The position numbers and the translations under genes are program-made. Shown here piece after piece: positions 1 through 13,900 of a stretch of 64,000 nucleotides of DNA; position 1 is the stretch's first letter, and each line of letters opens with the position of its first letter. Source of the stretch: Raillietiella orientalis. Taxonomy: Eukaryota. The stretch covers positions 1,426,001-1,490,000 of the forward strand of contig JAYWIR010000034.1 of NCBI GenBank assembly GCA_036172245.1, in the 5' to 3' direction. The notes beneath the pieces are model-generated. The model did no database searches, was not told the origin of the DNA, and saw nothing but the letters and a program-made list of their open reading frames with translations.

Positions 1-1181
1 GTTTCCAAGCCAGCAGTATTGCCTCTTGCATGCAGAGGAGGTTTGTCGTTTTTCCTTTCTATGATCTTTCCATCTCCTTGTCACTGAGATCGCCGACGGC
101 AGAGACAACGTTGCATTAGAAACGCGCAGGTTCCCGATCAATGCGGTATGCTAACGAGCACCGCGACAAAGACAGAGAGGCGTTTCTCCCCAGTCCTCTA
201 CTTTGTGATTCGAAGCACCTTTCGCGCGATCTTCATCTTCCGGCAAGCGGAGCAGAACTGGTTTTTCTCCACACGGACGCAACCGCAATCTTGCCGCGAT
301 CATGAAGGAGGAATACCTGGTGAGAGGGGAGTCACATAAGCAGTGAGAGCATGTCCCGGATTCCGGGATTCCTGGTTTTTGTTCTTCCTCCAAACACTGC
401 AAACTTACCCACTTCCTCCCCCCCCCCCATCGCCTCGTTGTTTCAAGAGACGGACGCACACCCTCCTCCACAGGTGAAAGATGAAAGCTGAGCTCTGCTA
501 AGAGATGACCTAGACCATTTTTCCAGCAGGATCTCCACGAGATGCATCGTCAGCTTCCTCTACCTCTCTCAGCTGGAAGCTCCTAAGCGCTCCCTTCAAT
601 CTCCGGCGACTTTTTGCACCCTAATCGCCGCCCACCAAAGGATTGTTCCTCGGAACGCACGCTGCCTCCTCGGAGCCCAGTAAGCTCTCTCCATGCTGAT
701 TCAGACGCCAGGAAGATAGAGGAATCCTTTGCTACTTGAGACGGCTACTTGATCTGGCCGACAGACCTCGAGAAGGCAAAGCCCCGAAAGGCAAAGTCCC
801 ATCTACAGCCTCCTCCTCACGCAGCGAGGTAGTTGAGAGAACCATGCCGACATCGTCGAATACGATCCAAAGGTCCGGATCGGATGCTACTGAGGTGAGA
901 AAGCTTCCTTTCTCGTTCGCTCTCCTTCTGCTTCAAAGAAGCAAAACGATTCCACCCTTCCGCCATTGACTTCTGCACCCGAAAGCTGCTCATCGCCTCT
1001 TCACAGCTGCGGTGCCTCTTCGAGGGCTCAAGAAACGAGATCTCTTTTTCCCGTAGAGTCTCAACTTGGCTTCCCTTTTGGGGGTTCGTGCGGTTCTGCA
1101 ATGAAGGTTCCAAGAGGGAGACAATGAGTTCCTCCGTTCTTCTTTCAAGATGCGGTTGTGTCAAATACCTTCCAAGAAGAC

Positions 1182-1201
1182 TGGCTAGCAGCTGCTAGCC
1201 A
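1182..1201. repeat. Perfect 20-bp palindrome
   Basis: TGGCTAGCAG|CTGCTAGCCA. Confidence 0.9.
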
Positions 1202-4200
1202 CCTTTGTATATGTTCTCTTCTAAGGATCCAAGGATACTGGTGTCACGGGGAGTACTTTCCTCCACAATGAAGGAACTTTCTCATATTTCTTTTCCATCC
1301 ACTCCCCACTATCCACGTAACTTTCATCTTTCGCTTCTGCAGGTTTCTGCAGTTCATGTTTCTGCAGCTCCGCCTTATCGCCCACAGTCTTCCTCTTTCA
1401 TCTTGCATTTCTCCATTTTGTTTCACTTCTCCTCGCCTTAAGGAAAGTGCTGTAAAAGGGGAAGAAATAACGTCCTCTTTTTTTACAAGTTCTTCTCCGA
1501 ATCTCCATGCCCAACGATCTGCTCCTTCGTAGCTGACTTTCCGTGTGAAAACCACTCGCTCTCTCACCACTACTCAGCAGTGATCTCAGAATATGGAAAA
1601 ATCCCGGTGGTGGCATGGGCAGGAAGGAAGCAAAGCTAGGCTGAAGATAAGTCGTTGAAGCAGACAGAGCCTTCACTAGATGAGTCATTAATCACAGCCT
1701 CTGATTTCCAAGCCAGAAAGAAGAAGGAATCTCTAGGTGCCGGGAGTCCTTCCTAGCAACCAACTTTTCCTTGAAATCGGCAATCCCTCGTGGCTCGCGT
1801 TGAGGGTCCTCGGCGATCACCAGCCCAGGGTCGTAGATCCCGCGGACTTCCCCCTCTTTTAGTGGCAAGCTCAGGGGAAATCATGATGGAGAAATCTTGA
1901 CTCTATTTTCCTACAGGAAACATCCCCAGCTCCACTGGGCACACATCCTCCTCCGAACTATTTGGATATGGAATCCCTTCATGAGGCTTCTGAAGGAAAA
2001 GCTCTGCACGGTCAGTTTATGAAAAGGAAAAGACGTGAACCCTTGGACGGAAAGATACATTAGAAAAGGACTTTGGATCCTGGAGGAATCTGGGAAACGT
2101 GAAGAGGGAAACTAGAAGACAAAAAAGAAGGATGTCTCCTTTCTACCTTCATTTCTCATCTTCCTTCTTGTCTGGGCATTCCAGTTCTTCTTTCTTCCTA
2201 GGAGAACTATTTCTTCAGAGGTTTTGTCCAGAAATCTCTTCGCCATCATCTCACACATTGGCAGTCGGACGCTGTTCTATGGCTTAGCACACGAACTGAG
2301 AACTGAGACACCTCCCTGAATGGAAACGAAGTATCCCCTGAAAGGACAAGAATTCTCTTGACGGCTCCTTTCCTCGGGATTTTTTTTCGTGCATCCTTCT
2401 ATGTTCTCTTCACTCCTCCCCAACGTTGCCTCTTTTGCTCCCTCCTTGATGCCATGTGCACCCGCGTAAGGTTCCAGAGGTAGAAAGGGGTTGGAGACGG
2501 AAAGAAGGGAATGGGAAGAAATCCGTGAGATGCTCTCAGGTTCAGGTAATCCCGAGAATGAAGCCGTCAAGTCAACCTTGATCTTGTCCATCTTGTCATA
2601 TCTTGATTGAAGGCGGATTTACTGTCTGTGGCAATCGAAAGCTGCGACTTGGCTAGACATCACGCGAGCACACGGGGTGGAGCGCACCAAGTGTGTTACT
2701 CATTTCGTTGACTTCCGCCTAAACCGTTCCGGAATGGTTGCAGGCTGCGAAATGCAGCTGCGATACAGCGCGAAGGAGTTCCCGAAAGCTCGGTCGATTC
2801 TTCCGGACGATTCATATGGAACATTCCAGGAAAAGTCAAGGAAGCTCTAATACTATGTCCTTCTCTCGCCAGAGCACGCGAATCACTCAGAGAGCGGTTC
2901 GACGAGATAAATGGAGAGAAGGCTCCAAAAATAGGTGCGTGCCCCAGCCTCCAAGTCGATCGCGAGAATCGCAGCTAGCGAGTGTCAAAGAACATTTGAA
3001 ATCTTTCCAAATGCTCTCTGAACCTGGAGCGTGTGGAGGAAGAGGGAAGGGAGAAGAACTTGTGGTGCGACCATCCCTTGTCACGAACGGCAGCGAGACA
3101 GCTACGCGGAGGATATCGGATCAGATAAACAACCGCGCTGCTCCGCCATGGGTCGGCCGAGTCTTATCTTGACAGCCATCAGCCGGGGTCTGCCTCGCTC
3201 CCGCGAAACGTGCAGGCCACGTTTCCGCGTCCCCTCGAGAGACGGCTAGGGGGTCGGGGGACCGCGAGACACGTCATGGAAGCGATGATCGGCGGAACGC
3301 GGAAAATCCGCCGAGGCTGTCGAAGCCAACGGCAGATCCAAAGTGACATGACGAGGCGACGCTTTCGCTTTGACGGGTTCCCAAGTCTTTGGACAGCCTC
3401 AAGTCGTCGGCGGATCTTCTCACCGGTGATCCGTATCCACGCGTTTTTCTCTCGCGTACTGCTGCTCCAAAGGGATAGATAAACGAGCTGTCTTTGGGGA
3501 TCGGGCAGTCCTGAGAGATTCTTGTCCTTCCGGACGCTTCGTGCGCCCGCTTTCCGCGCCATGCACAGACTCCCGGCAGTACTGAGTATGGACCTCGATG
3601 TGGGAAGCGGGAAGGTCGGAAGAGAGCAGCTGCCCGCAAAGCGTGAGGAATTCTGAAAAGAAAGAAATGTCCAAGGTGAGGGGCAAGCCGTCAGAGCAAA
3701 TGCCGATCGAGCACCGCAGTGTAGGATGGGACGCTCCCACCCTTAATCCCCACTCAGACCAGGTCCGCAGCCTCTCTCATAAAGTGCTTGCGGAGAGATC
3801 TTTTTGGATTCTCTGGACTGCGACCGGACGACCCGCGCTGCCCGAAGAACCAAGCAAACGCAAAAATGCCTTCTTCCCTCGCCTCGTTCGCATACAGCAT
3901 CTCTGGAACGTTCTCTGCCAAATCAATGTTCCCCCCTCCCCCCCCTTTTCCCTTTCTTTCTCTTATTTTTTTTTTTTTTTTTCCTCCAGAGATAGAAACA
4001 TCATTCGTTCCTGATTCGATGACCCCAGATCATGATTTAACAAATTCTGGGGTAACATTATTCACTACAATGCAGAATCCTTCCAAGAATCTGGGGCTTC
4101 CTGGAGAGAATGCAGTGGCCTCCTGCAGGGACGCGCGAAAGCAAATCATGGAAATTTCCCTCAGGTACTCCGCGATTCACGGGGTAACGAAACAGAAAGA

Positions 4201-4568
4201 GAAACAGGGGGAAATGATTAAAAAGGAACACACGAGTTCATCTTCGGAAGAGAGAGGAGGAGAGAGGGGGGGGGGGAATGGAGGAGGAAGAGAAAGAGAT
4301 GGAGAGAAATCTGGAGCCGACGAAAGCGAAGTATTTTGAAAATATGTGGGACGACGAGCATTGCGCGCGGCCATTGGTCATTATCCCGCGATCGCATTTC
4401 CTTTCTCCCGAGGCCTTTGGCAGGGGAAAAAAAAAAAAAAAAAAAATCTTCGTACCTCCTTGCCCCTGTGGAGAGGTGCGGAGTGGAGGAAGGGGGAGAG
4501 GCAAAGGAAAGGAACAACCAAATGCAAACTTTTCCCTCCTTCTCCCCGTCTTCCTCTTACCACCGAGT

Positions 4569-4604
4569 CGACGACGACGACGACGGCGGCGACGACGACG
4601 ACGA
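4569..4604. repeat. Interrupted (GAC)n microsatellite
   Basis: cgacgacgacgacgacggcggcgacgacgacgacga. Confidence 0.9.
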
Positions 4605-7600
4605 GTCTTTTCTTTCTTCCTCCTTCCATTTTTTATTTATTTTTTATTCTTTTCCTGTTTTGCGTGCCGCGCCAGAAAAGCCTGCGAAGGTCGGTGTCAC
4701 TTTCGTGTTCCCACGACACCTTCCGAGACAATAAAACATTATTCATCGACTTGTTTGTTCTGTCTGCGTCCACGTTCGTTAATTTTGTTCAACCTCGACA
4801 AAGAGGAGCTACAAAATCAAGTCTCCCATCTCCCCCCCTTCTCCACCTCCCTCTTGCATTTTCTTTTTGCCTTTTTCTTTTTTTTTTCTCTCTCCTTCTT
4901 TCTGCCCTAATCGTCGCGCAGCAGACAAGCGATCCCGGAGCGCGAACGCGAGCGGGCGCATGTCTCGCAGCCCGACGAGTCCCCTCGCAGATGCGAATGC
5001 CCGACAGCGAGACGCGCGCGCGCCTCTCCGAAAAACGCGGCTGATGAGTGCTGCGGCTACGCACGTCCGCTGGACGTTCGATCTCTCCCTCTCTGCCTGC
5101 CTGCCTGCCTCACCGAACAAAAGAAAGACAATCGCATTCCGAAGATGGCGAAGAAAATTTCCCGGCTGTCAGGTGAACGAGAGACCGATCTCCTCGGAAA
5201 GAGGCACTTGGCGGAGGTCGAAGGGAAAGGAGGAGGAAAGGCATCCGCCCTCCTGGGTGGTGACGATGGGTCATCCTCTACAGATCCGAACCTAGCTTTT
5301 TGCGGAAATTCTGGCTTCCATGTTCGTTGAGGACGACCACACATTGCCCTCCCTACTACTGGAACTCCTTGCAGATCAAAGCGCAAAGTACGGTTGTCGA
5401 ATCTCCAAGAATACGTGACGTTGGACTAGGGTAGAAGGATGGATTCTTTCAGAAGACCGTCACAAGAGAAGAGTTCCGCTAGAGCCTCGAGACTTTGCCT
5501 TGCTGCCTCGCTTCAGCAAGCCGGAGCTCCGATAGCGTGTCCCCTCGCTCTTCTCCCGGAAGAAAGCAGGAGCTCCAGAGAAAACGATTTCTTTGATCTG
5601 CGTCCTAGGAACTCTCGTCTGCCACAACCTTCGATGAATGGCATTGAGGAGAGCCGGTTGATACAGTGTTGTCAGGGCACCTCAGAGTGCAAGAAAACGT
5701 ATGGGTGATTTCCATGCGTCCTGAGAATGAAACGAACGGAGGAATTTTTCACCACTTCCAAGATCAAACTCCGTCTCCTTCTCTGAATTCTGTGATTCCC
5801 CGAAGAGTTGCTTCGGCTCGGCCAGAAGTCCGACCGGTCCTTCCAGTAATGCCCTGGGACAGTTTGATGTCCGAGAGCGCCATTTCTATCCCGAGACGCT
5901 CTGCCTGTATCATAAGGAGTCCTCCCAGCACCCCGCCGTTTGCTGGGTCTCATGATTCCAAGGATCCTAAGACGATCCTAAGACCACGCACAGGTGCCTG
6001 CATTCCTCTGTCAGAAAGATGTAAGCCGATTCCCCTCCACTTGCCCTCTTTTCTCCGCCTTGAGTCTTCCACAGCCGTCTTCGCTGAGTTCTTGAAGGAG
6101 CAAGAGATGATTACTCTCCTTTTGTGCTAGAACTTAGGATCCAATCGAGGTCCGAAATAGGCTGTAAAAATAGGCTGAATAAAGGCAAACCAGCTGATGG
6201 TCAAGACTCTCGGGTGGTTCCCCACGTCGATTAGCTCACCCCAGATTGATACGATCCGGAATCCTCAGCGTTCACAAAGAAACTATTCCCCGATCATTTT
6301 CCCTGACACCGGCATGCTGTGCCCAACGTTCCGGGAGAAGAGAAGCAGAGAGTTTACGTTTCTTCTGATTCTACGCTTTGCTTAGTTGGTTTCAAAGTGA
6401 ATCCCTTCCATTGTAAAGCCAACGCCTGAACTCCTTAGGCACGGGAAAGCGAATAATGAAGAAGGATCTCAGAATGAATTCTCTTATTCTAAATACACCC
6501 TGCATGGCAATAAAAGAAAGCTGAATGAAGATGACTTCTCACATCTCCCTGCATCAAAAAGGCAATTTACAAACGACGAACGATCCTGACCAGCAAGGCA
6601 CCAAGGGCACTCGGTGCGGAGCCGTCGTTGAGAATGGACCTCGTCCTGAGAAAGGGAAACTGCGATTCCAATACTGCACGTTCGAACACGCACCCGTAGC
6701 GCGCCGCAAGGTGCACCAAAGATCTGCGTCCCCAAATGACGTGCCGAGATTCCACCCCCGTCGCTGCCTGTCCGTCTTCCCCAATTCATACCCCACTCGA
6801 GCACGAGGTCTCAAGCGCTCGCTTCCCCATCTCGGCTGGCGACGCAACCCTGGCTCCAGTGGATCTTCCCGGAGTAGCGCATGCTGCAGCACAACCCCAT
6901 TTCCCTTCTGATGCGCTCTCCCCGTCGCTCGGACATCCCTCAAACACGTCTCCCCTCAGTGAACCGGTTGCCGGGATCCCCGCATTCCACTTGGAGAATC
7001 GCACTGATCCTTTGCCGGCCAAACGGGATACCCATCCTCTGCACCGGTTCTTCTTTCGTCAGGCGTCTTCCAGTGCTTTAGCAGAAGATGAGCAGGGCGC
7101 CTTTCTCGTCGCCGTCGATCTCCGGACCGCGGATTCGCATCTGGTCCGGCAACGGTGGTGATCACCGACGCATGGCCCTCCTGATCCGAGCTACCGGTTC
7201 TCCGTGCCTCTCGCGGACCGTGTGTTCGTCGGTCCCCGATGCGGTGCTCGGGGATGTGGTCGAAGGACCCCTCCCGTCCCACGCAGCTCCTGCGCGTGCA
7301 TTGCTGGTGACGAACGGATCGAGCTGGGAAAGGGGAAGCGCGTCGCGCTGCGGCTGAACGCGCGCTGCTCATTCGACGGCGCGACGGCAGGGTTGCAGAA
7401 AGCGCGCAAAGGAAGCGCCAGACACGTGCCCTCCTGTCCCTTTCACTCCAGGGAAGCGGGCATCAGAACGCACGACTCTCGTCGGCTCGTTGGGATGCTG
7501 GGATCCAAAGAAGTCCAGCCACAGTCGGGAATTCCTGGAGCGCGCGCGAAGCGGCTCTGCTTGTCGAGTGAACGGAGGGATCTGATGGCGTGAAGGAACC

Positions 7601-7893
7601 GTGGATCTTCGCGTTCTTTGCCAACTTGTCCACACGAGGTGATGCTGCATTTCCCAGCAGAATGCCCCATTCACGTTCTCGGCAATTGGCGCCAGTTCTG
7701 CCGCTTCGAAAGAACTGAAAATAGGACCGCTTGGGGGTCGATTGCTTCATCGGAAACATACCCCGACCTATAATCCCGTAAGTGGATGTCGCGGCCACAT
7801 TGGCCAACCATCAGGCGCGGGAGCTCCTGCCGTCGCACGGCGCGGCGCGTTCGTTTTGAGGGCTCGGATGGTCAGCTGAACGTCCTTCGTCGG

Positions 7894-7929
7894 GACCAAA
7901 TGCAAAGACCTCGGTCTTTGCATTTGGTC
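7894..7929. repeat. Perfect inverted repeat, 17-bp arms, 2-nt spacer
   Basis: GACCAAATGCAAAGACC-TC-GGTCTTTGCATTTGGTC. Confidence 0.95.
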
Positions 7930-10900
7930 TGCTTCCTTTCTGGAGCACTCCTGCGTGCGTCAGTCAGACAGGCGGCGTCCGGAATGTCCGGACCTTCGCA
8001 CTCTGCCTGGTCCATCGTTGTTGGCCGCTTCCCAGCTGCCTTCCATTGCCGTCCTCAACCGGTGAAGCAACGAATGTGAAGAGAGTGCTGCAAGCAGCAA
8101 TTTGAGACATCCCGAACTGGACATGTCGTGCAGCTACGGTCTTGACCGGGAGTACGCTGAGTGGACAGCACGAGCACGTACGCGCACTCAGCTCAGTGAG
8201 ATCATAGTTTTTTCCCCTGCAGCTCATTGCAGTCGGGAGATCTACTGGACATCCTGACTGGAGCACATCCCAAGGAAACCAGAGCGGACTCACTTGGGCC
8301 AAGCATTCCCTTCGGGCGGCCCGAGGGTGCCGGAAAGCAACCAAGTAGATCGGGGTCTCACTGGCGAAGGCTCTCGGCTCCCGATGGGTGGGAGAATGCG
8401 TGCTCGAAGCGCTGCGGCGGTGCACCCGTCAAGCAGAGCTCTCACTGCGAGTCTCCTCCGCCCTCAAACTGGAGTCGTGCACTGCCCCTTTGCAAAAAAC
8501 GAGGAAGTCGGGAAGATGGTGGAAGTGAAGGAAGAAGCAGAAAAAAGTCCTCCTTCCCTTGTCGCATTTTTGTATTGAATCCTGAAAAACATTTCGAAAG
8601 GATGGAGTGTCCCATCCAACGCCGGTTCTCAGACCGAGAATCGCGAGCGAGAGGCGATCCTGTGGACTATCGCGTGGATGGCAGATTGTAATGCCGCAAT
8701 CCTCGGTTTTGCGGCAGCCGTGGCATCTCGTTCCTGCTTTCGTGACGTCAGCCGCATTATCGCTTCACTCGGTGTCATGATGCGCTTTTTTAGCTAGCAA
8801 TCATCGTTGCTTTTGGAGAGTTGTACATGCTTTGAATTGATTGACGTCGCATGACTGCATAACTCTTGAGCGTTAATGATTCTTTCATCTCTCGGTTTTC
8901 TCCCAAATTCTTTGTTCCTTCTGATGTTTTGTTTTTGCTCCAGCATTCCCCAACAGAATTTCTCCTTTTCAGGTTAATCTTTTTAGGAGCAGGTAAATCG
9001 AGGCACTGACTGACCTTCCCTATGGGCAAGCGCTCCTGTCCAGCCTTCGGGAAGACTTTCCCGCTAACCAGCTCCAATCGCTACCAGCAATTTTGGCTTT
9101 TCCACTGAGGAAGCAAAATCTTTTGCTCCGACTCCCTTTTGACGTGCTGGATGGGTGCAATTTTTCGAGAACCGCCGCGTCTCTGACTAGCCGCAGAGCT
9201 GAACTCTCGGTAAGTTTCAGGAATCACGCGTAAGTGCCGGAGGAAAAGAAGGAAGGGAGATGCGAATAAATATGGAGTGATGTGTCTTTCTCAGTTCTGA
9301 GTCTTTCTCAGTATGCCCTTAGATTCAGAGGAGCTTCCTTGGTTCAGAGGATCTGTAGTGCCATTCCAGCCAGAGACCACCGTAAAGTACCATCTGAGAC
9401 TGCCATCCGGGTACAGAGGAACCTTACTCGGAAAGATTTTTTCGTCTCGCATTGGAATATAGCAGGCCTCAATTTGGTTGACACGTATTCCAAAGCAAAC
9501 AGATCAAAGATGGTTGCCTATCAACCACACATCTGGTTCCTTTCCGAAACAGTTGGTCGGAAGACCCAACGACTCGCTGAAGGTCGGCACCTTCGGACAA
9601 CACGCGAGCGAAGACCCACAACCAGAGAAGGACCGAGTGGTTGCCTATTTGGAGACGAGACTCTGGAAAGGGATTTGAGAATGTTCTTCGAAAGGATGCA
9701 AAGAAGGAAAACGAGGCTGGTTGCGGAGCCATGAGACCCAAATCCTTCTTAGAGAAGTAAAACCTGAGGTAAGGGCAGTTAGTCTCTTCAACGGAGAAAG
9801 CGATTCAGGATTTATGAGGAAATTTGCGCGCCATCTTTCAGAAAAGCAGGACCTGCCCTGTATAAAAGAATGTCTCCTCAACTGCCTATATCAAGGTGCC
9901 TATAATCAGGGATCCACCGTTTCCCAAGAACCTCAACAGCATGGCGGCCCGAAAAAAAAAGAGCGAGATGAGAAATACGGTTTCGTCTTAAAAGGGAAAA
10001 CATTCTTCTTCCGCAGTTGCTGCGCCATGGGTCTGCTGAGGGTTCGTGCAAACCACCATCAATGCAGCACACAAAGCGTGCGAGGAATGCTCTTTCGTGC
10101 CCGAGATAAAAGATTTTGGGGAAGAGAATGAGGGGGGAACCAAAGCCTGCTACCTCGAAGCCAAACTCACACCCACGTAAGGGCAACAGTCGAAGCGTCC
10201 AGGACATTGCACATATCATTCAATCAGAGGAAGAAACTGCAAATTCCAGTTTCCAGTGTTGAATCTCCCGAGGTCTAGAAGATTCCTCGGGCATTGCACC
10301 CGCGGGGAAGGCTTCCTCGCACCAGAACCCCAGTCCCTGGCGCGTGCAATCTGTTGACTGCTCCAGCAAAAGAATGACAATCATCTAAGGGCTTCAATTC
10401 AATGAGCCGCTTCTTCTCCATCACGAACCCATTATTTGTGTTCTTCATCCCATTAAAGCAGGGAGAGAAACATGGATAGAGCTCTGTCCTCCCACTTAAC
10501 CGCGTACTTGTCCTTGAGTATCCTTGGCTACAGCACGGCGCTTAGAAGAGATGGGGAACAATGGAAAATTTGAAAAGTGGAAAGTGCAATCCGATGGTAG
10601 CTGAAAATTCCCGACTCCAGCGAGGGAATGAAGGACTCATCGAAAAAGGCGCGCCCACCGTGGATGTTGAGCTGTTCCATGTTGTGGTGACGTCACCGAA
10701 GAAAAACTCATTCTACCGCCGAGGCCATCCTAGTTTTTTGCGAGAGGCGATGTTTCAGCTCGCACCCCCCCATCAGCAAGGAGGTTTGCGTTTCGCTTCC
10801 CATGACTTCAACTGATTTCCTGGGATGTTTCGCCGGAGTGGTTCCAGATCGACAGTCAGCAGAACCTTGGTAAAGCGGCGGCAGGTCTCTGCATCCTCCA

Positions 10901-10945
10901 GCCTTTCGGCTAAGAATCTGGGATGAGACTCCCCAATGGGGCCGT

Positions 10946-10981
10946 TTATTATTATTATTGTTATTATATTATTATTATTAT
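10946..10981. repeat. Imperfect (TAT)n microsatellite
   Basis: ttattattattattgttattatattattattattat. Confidence 0.9.
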
Positions 10982-13900
10982 CTGTGTGTGGGAGTCCTCT
11001 CTAAGCGGTCGATGGCAGCGCGCTATGCGAGGCTGCGAACTGGCCGGAAAAGTGAAGGGAACAAGAAAAAACATGGGTGCTGTCATCAAGGTGAATTCCA
11101 GCGACTAGGGTGGTCACTTTCCGGAAGTGACCACTCTTGCGTTTCCTTTGCGTGCTTCCAAATGATAGCAGATTTCCTCGGCAGTTTCTTTGCCACCGCT
11201 TCGCTGATTTCCTGCCTCCTTTCTCATCCATCCTTTTCCAGCTTCGTTGCGGGAGGACGACGGCACACTCTCGAACACCGGCGTCTCGGAACCGCACGTC
11301 CACGTGGAAGAACTCGAAATCGATGAGATGTCCAAAGAAGAATTCTTGAAAAATGGAAGTCTGTGTCGGGCGATTTGAGCGCATCAATCATCTTTCAATT
11401 GCATCTGTGAAAGGAACGAAACAGCATCCGATGCGTACACCGATGAATTGTTCGCATCAAGATTCAAATTCATCTCTCCCTTTGCCGGCTAGTTTTTTTT
11501 TTTTTTTTTTTTTTTTTGAAGTTGTTTAATACTTGCACATTCGTGTTTATGATTTCTGTTCCCTTAGCAACGATAAGCCTGATCACACACACTCGATCAG
11601 TTTCACGGTCGCTGCAGCAAACGAGGAAGGAAGTGCGGAGATAGGATTTTTCATGCGTGGGAACCGGACGAGAGCACTTCAGAAAGGGGTCCTTTGGAAT
11701 ATCCCATTTTCCACGAGGAAGAGCAGCGCTCACTTGGGCACCTTGCTACAGCAAAAAGGCACAGGAAAAGGCGGGCGATCTCGGTTCTACCTCGGCTCCT
11801 TCTATCTTCAGATTGTGCGCGAGCGCAAACGAAGGCCTCCTCCTCCACATTCGCATCCTGTGATCCACCAGTGATCCCTGTCCACCAGGGCTCGGTCCAC
11901 AACGCGAGGACATGCTAGTTCCCCACTCACCGGTCCCCTCTTTCTCCTTTCCGCAGCAGCCTCCTCAACCGCGGAGCGTGCGCACTCGCGCTAGTGAAGG
12001 CTCCTCGAGAAGGTGCTAATCACACGCTGAGAGGATACGGAGGGAGTTGTGGTTCGCTGCCCTCTGCCTCAGGAAGGAGGGGAGGGGAAGGGGGAGTGAG
12101 AAAGAGCAAGGAGCTCGCATGGCAAGCCAAGAAGCCCCCCTTCCCGAAGTTCCCGCCACTCCCAGAAGATTTAAACAGGCAGGAAAAGGGCGAACGACTT
12201 TCGCGGACGGAGCATCATCCCTTAAGCCTCTGCAGTCTGCCGCAGCCTCAATCTTCCCCTTCGCGCGTCGATTCCTCAGCAACACGCCTCGTCTCCTCGC
12301 TCTTCGGTGCCGGCAGCGGCTTCGCCTCCGTTAAGGATTTCCCGACAAGGTGCGGACGGAACCGGCGAGCTGAGATACCCCTCTGCTTCCCGAGATTGCG
12401 GCCGTCCACCGAACGAAACCTCGGTTTTTTGCCGAAACGGTTCCCTGTCATTCCTTGTATCCCACTGTCTCGGTTAGCAGAGAAAACCGTACTCCTGAGA
12501 GGGCGGAGCGTCGATGGCGTTCTTGGAACCTTTCAGCTTGCTTTCTTCCCCCGGCTGATCTCTCTACCCATCCGTTACACATCCTTCCACTCCGAAAATG
12601 TGCGCATTTTTTTTTCCTTTCTTTAAATAAAAACAAAACAAAGAGGGCAACATGATCTATTTATCATTTCAGATCAATTTCTGGAGCACCGAGAAAAGAA
12701 CATTCCGGAACTGAATTAAGTGCGTCTGGGGAGATGGAGAGAATTTATTCCGCCGGGCTCTGCCGCATAGCAAGTCGCAGCAGCAGCAGCAGCTAAGACT
12801 GCCAGCAAGGGGAGTGCTTCTCGAAGTGCGGGGAAGATCGCTTCTTGTGCGGACTGCGGCGGCGGGTTGTCATGCTGCTCGCATGCTCCTCCCGATCCGT
12901 GACAGGAGCGACGAAGCGGGTCACGCCACCTGGACGGTCATTCGAGAGAGTTTTCCTCGCGAGCAGGCAAAGCAATCTCTCCTTCGCGCACCGTTAGTTC
13001 TTCGCTCCTGGACTCCTGAAAAGTGGTCGCAGTTTGCGGAATCCCGGGAAAGGTGCGGCAGGAGGGAGTAGAGGAATACCTTAACGAAGAGCGGAGAGCC
13101 CCTCTGCTCACGTGTCGGATTAAGGGTCAAAAAAGGGAACGGAGTCCGAAGGACCACGCGCTCCACGGGGAGGTCCTGGTCTCGCACAGTCGGTGTCCCA
13201 CTGAAGAGCAGGCAAAGAAAACGAGCGAAAAAAAGAGCAAGAATCACTCTCAGCCCATGCAAGAAGTAGCCAAAGAGGTCATCTGGAGCCAGCCATCCGA
13301 TTCGGCGATACTGTGAAGTACTGTACCAGCATAGCAGCCTCCTGAAGCAGCAAGATGAATGGATAATGGATCCACCTGCAATTTCCCTGAGACTTTTCCT
13401 TAAAAATAATTAGGCATCAGGGGATTTCCTGATCGATACCTCCGTACTTCCTCTTCTCTAGCGGCGCGGCACCGTGTTGCCAGTGCAGTGGAGCGACCCT
13501 CTCTCGAAACGAAGAACATCGCCTCAGAGAAAAAAATCCTCAAGGAATGCCCGCACAGACACTACGTAATATTGGGAGCGCTTCTGCACTGGCCTTGAGC
13601 ATCAGACTGCAGTAGGGAAGAACATGCATTGCAGGAACACTGCAACTTGCCTACGGCTCCTTTCCAGTGTCTGTTCAGATCGATGTTCACTTCTTTGGAC
13701 CCTTGGCTAGTTGCCTCCTCATCGGAGATATGCCACCTGCAAGAGCAGCCAAAACTGCGAAAACGGAAGAGTGTGGCCACCATCCCAGGGAGCCATCCTC
13801 GGTCGCCATCGTCCTCATGAGGAGCTCGAAGAAATGGTCCGAACTGGGACGCGAAACAAATGGGCATAACTGCAGTCAGACCGGCGGGAGTCCTAGTGGT

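Noticed and set aside
2660..2810. Series of short hairpins including AACCGTTCCGGAATGGTT
   Set aside because: Stems are short, match no RNA family I recognise, and are compatible with chance.
5041..5075. CTGATGA followed by a GTGC/GCAC stem (hammerhead-like start)
   Set aside because: The required GAAA core after stem II is absent.
9861..9868. TATAAAAG
   Set aside because: No consensus Inr at the expected distance and no downstream gene.
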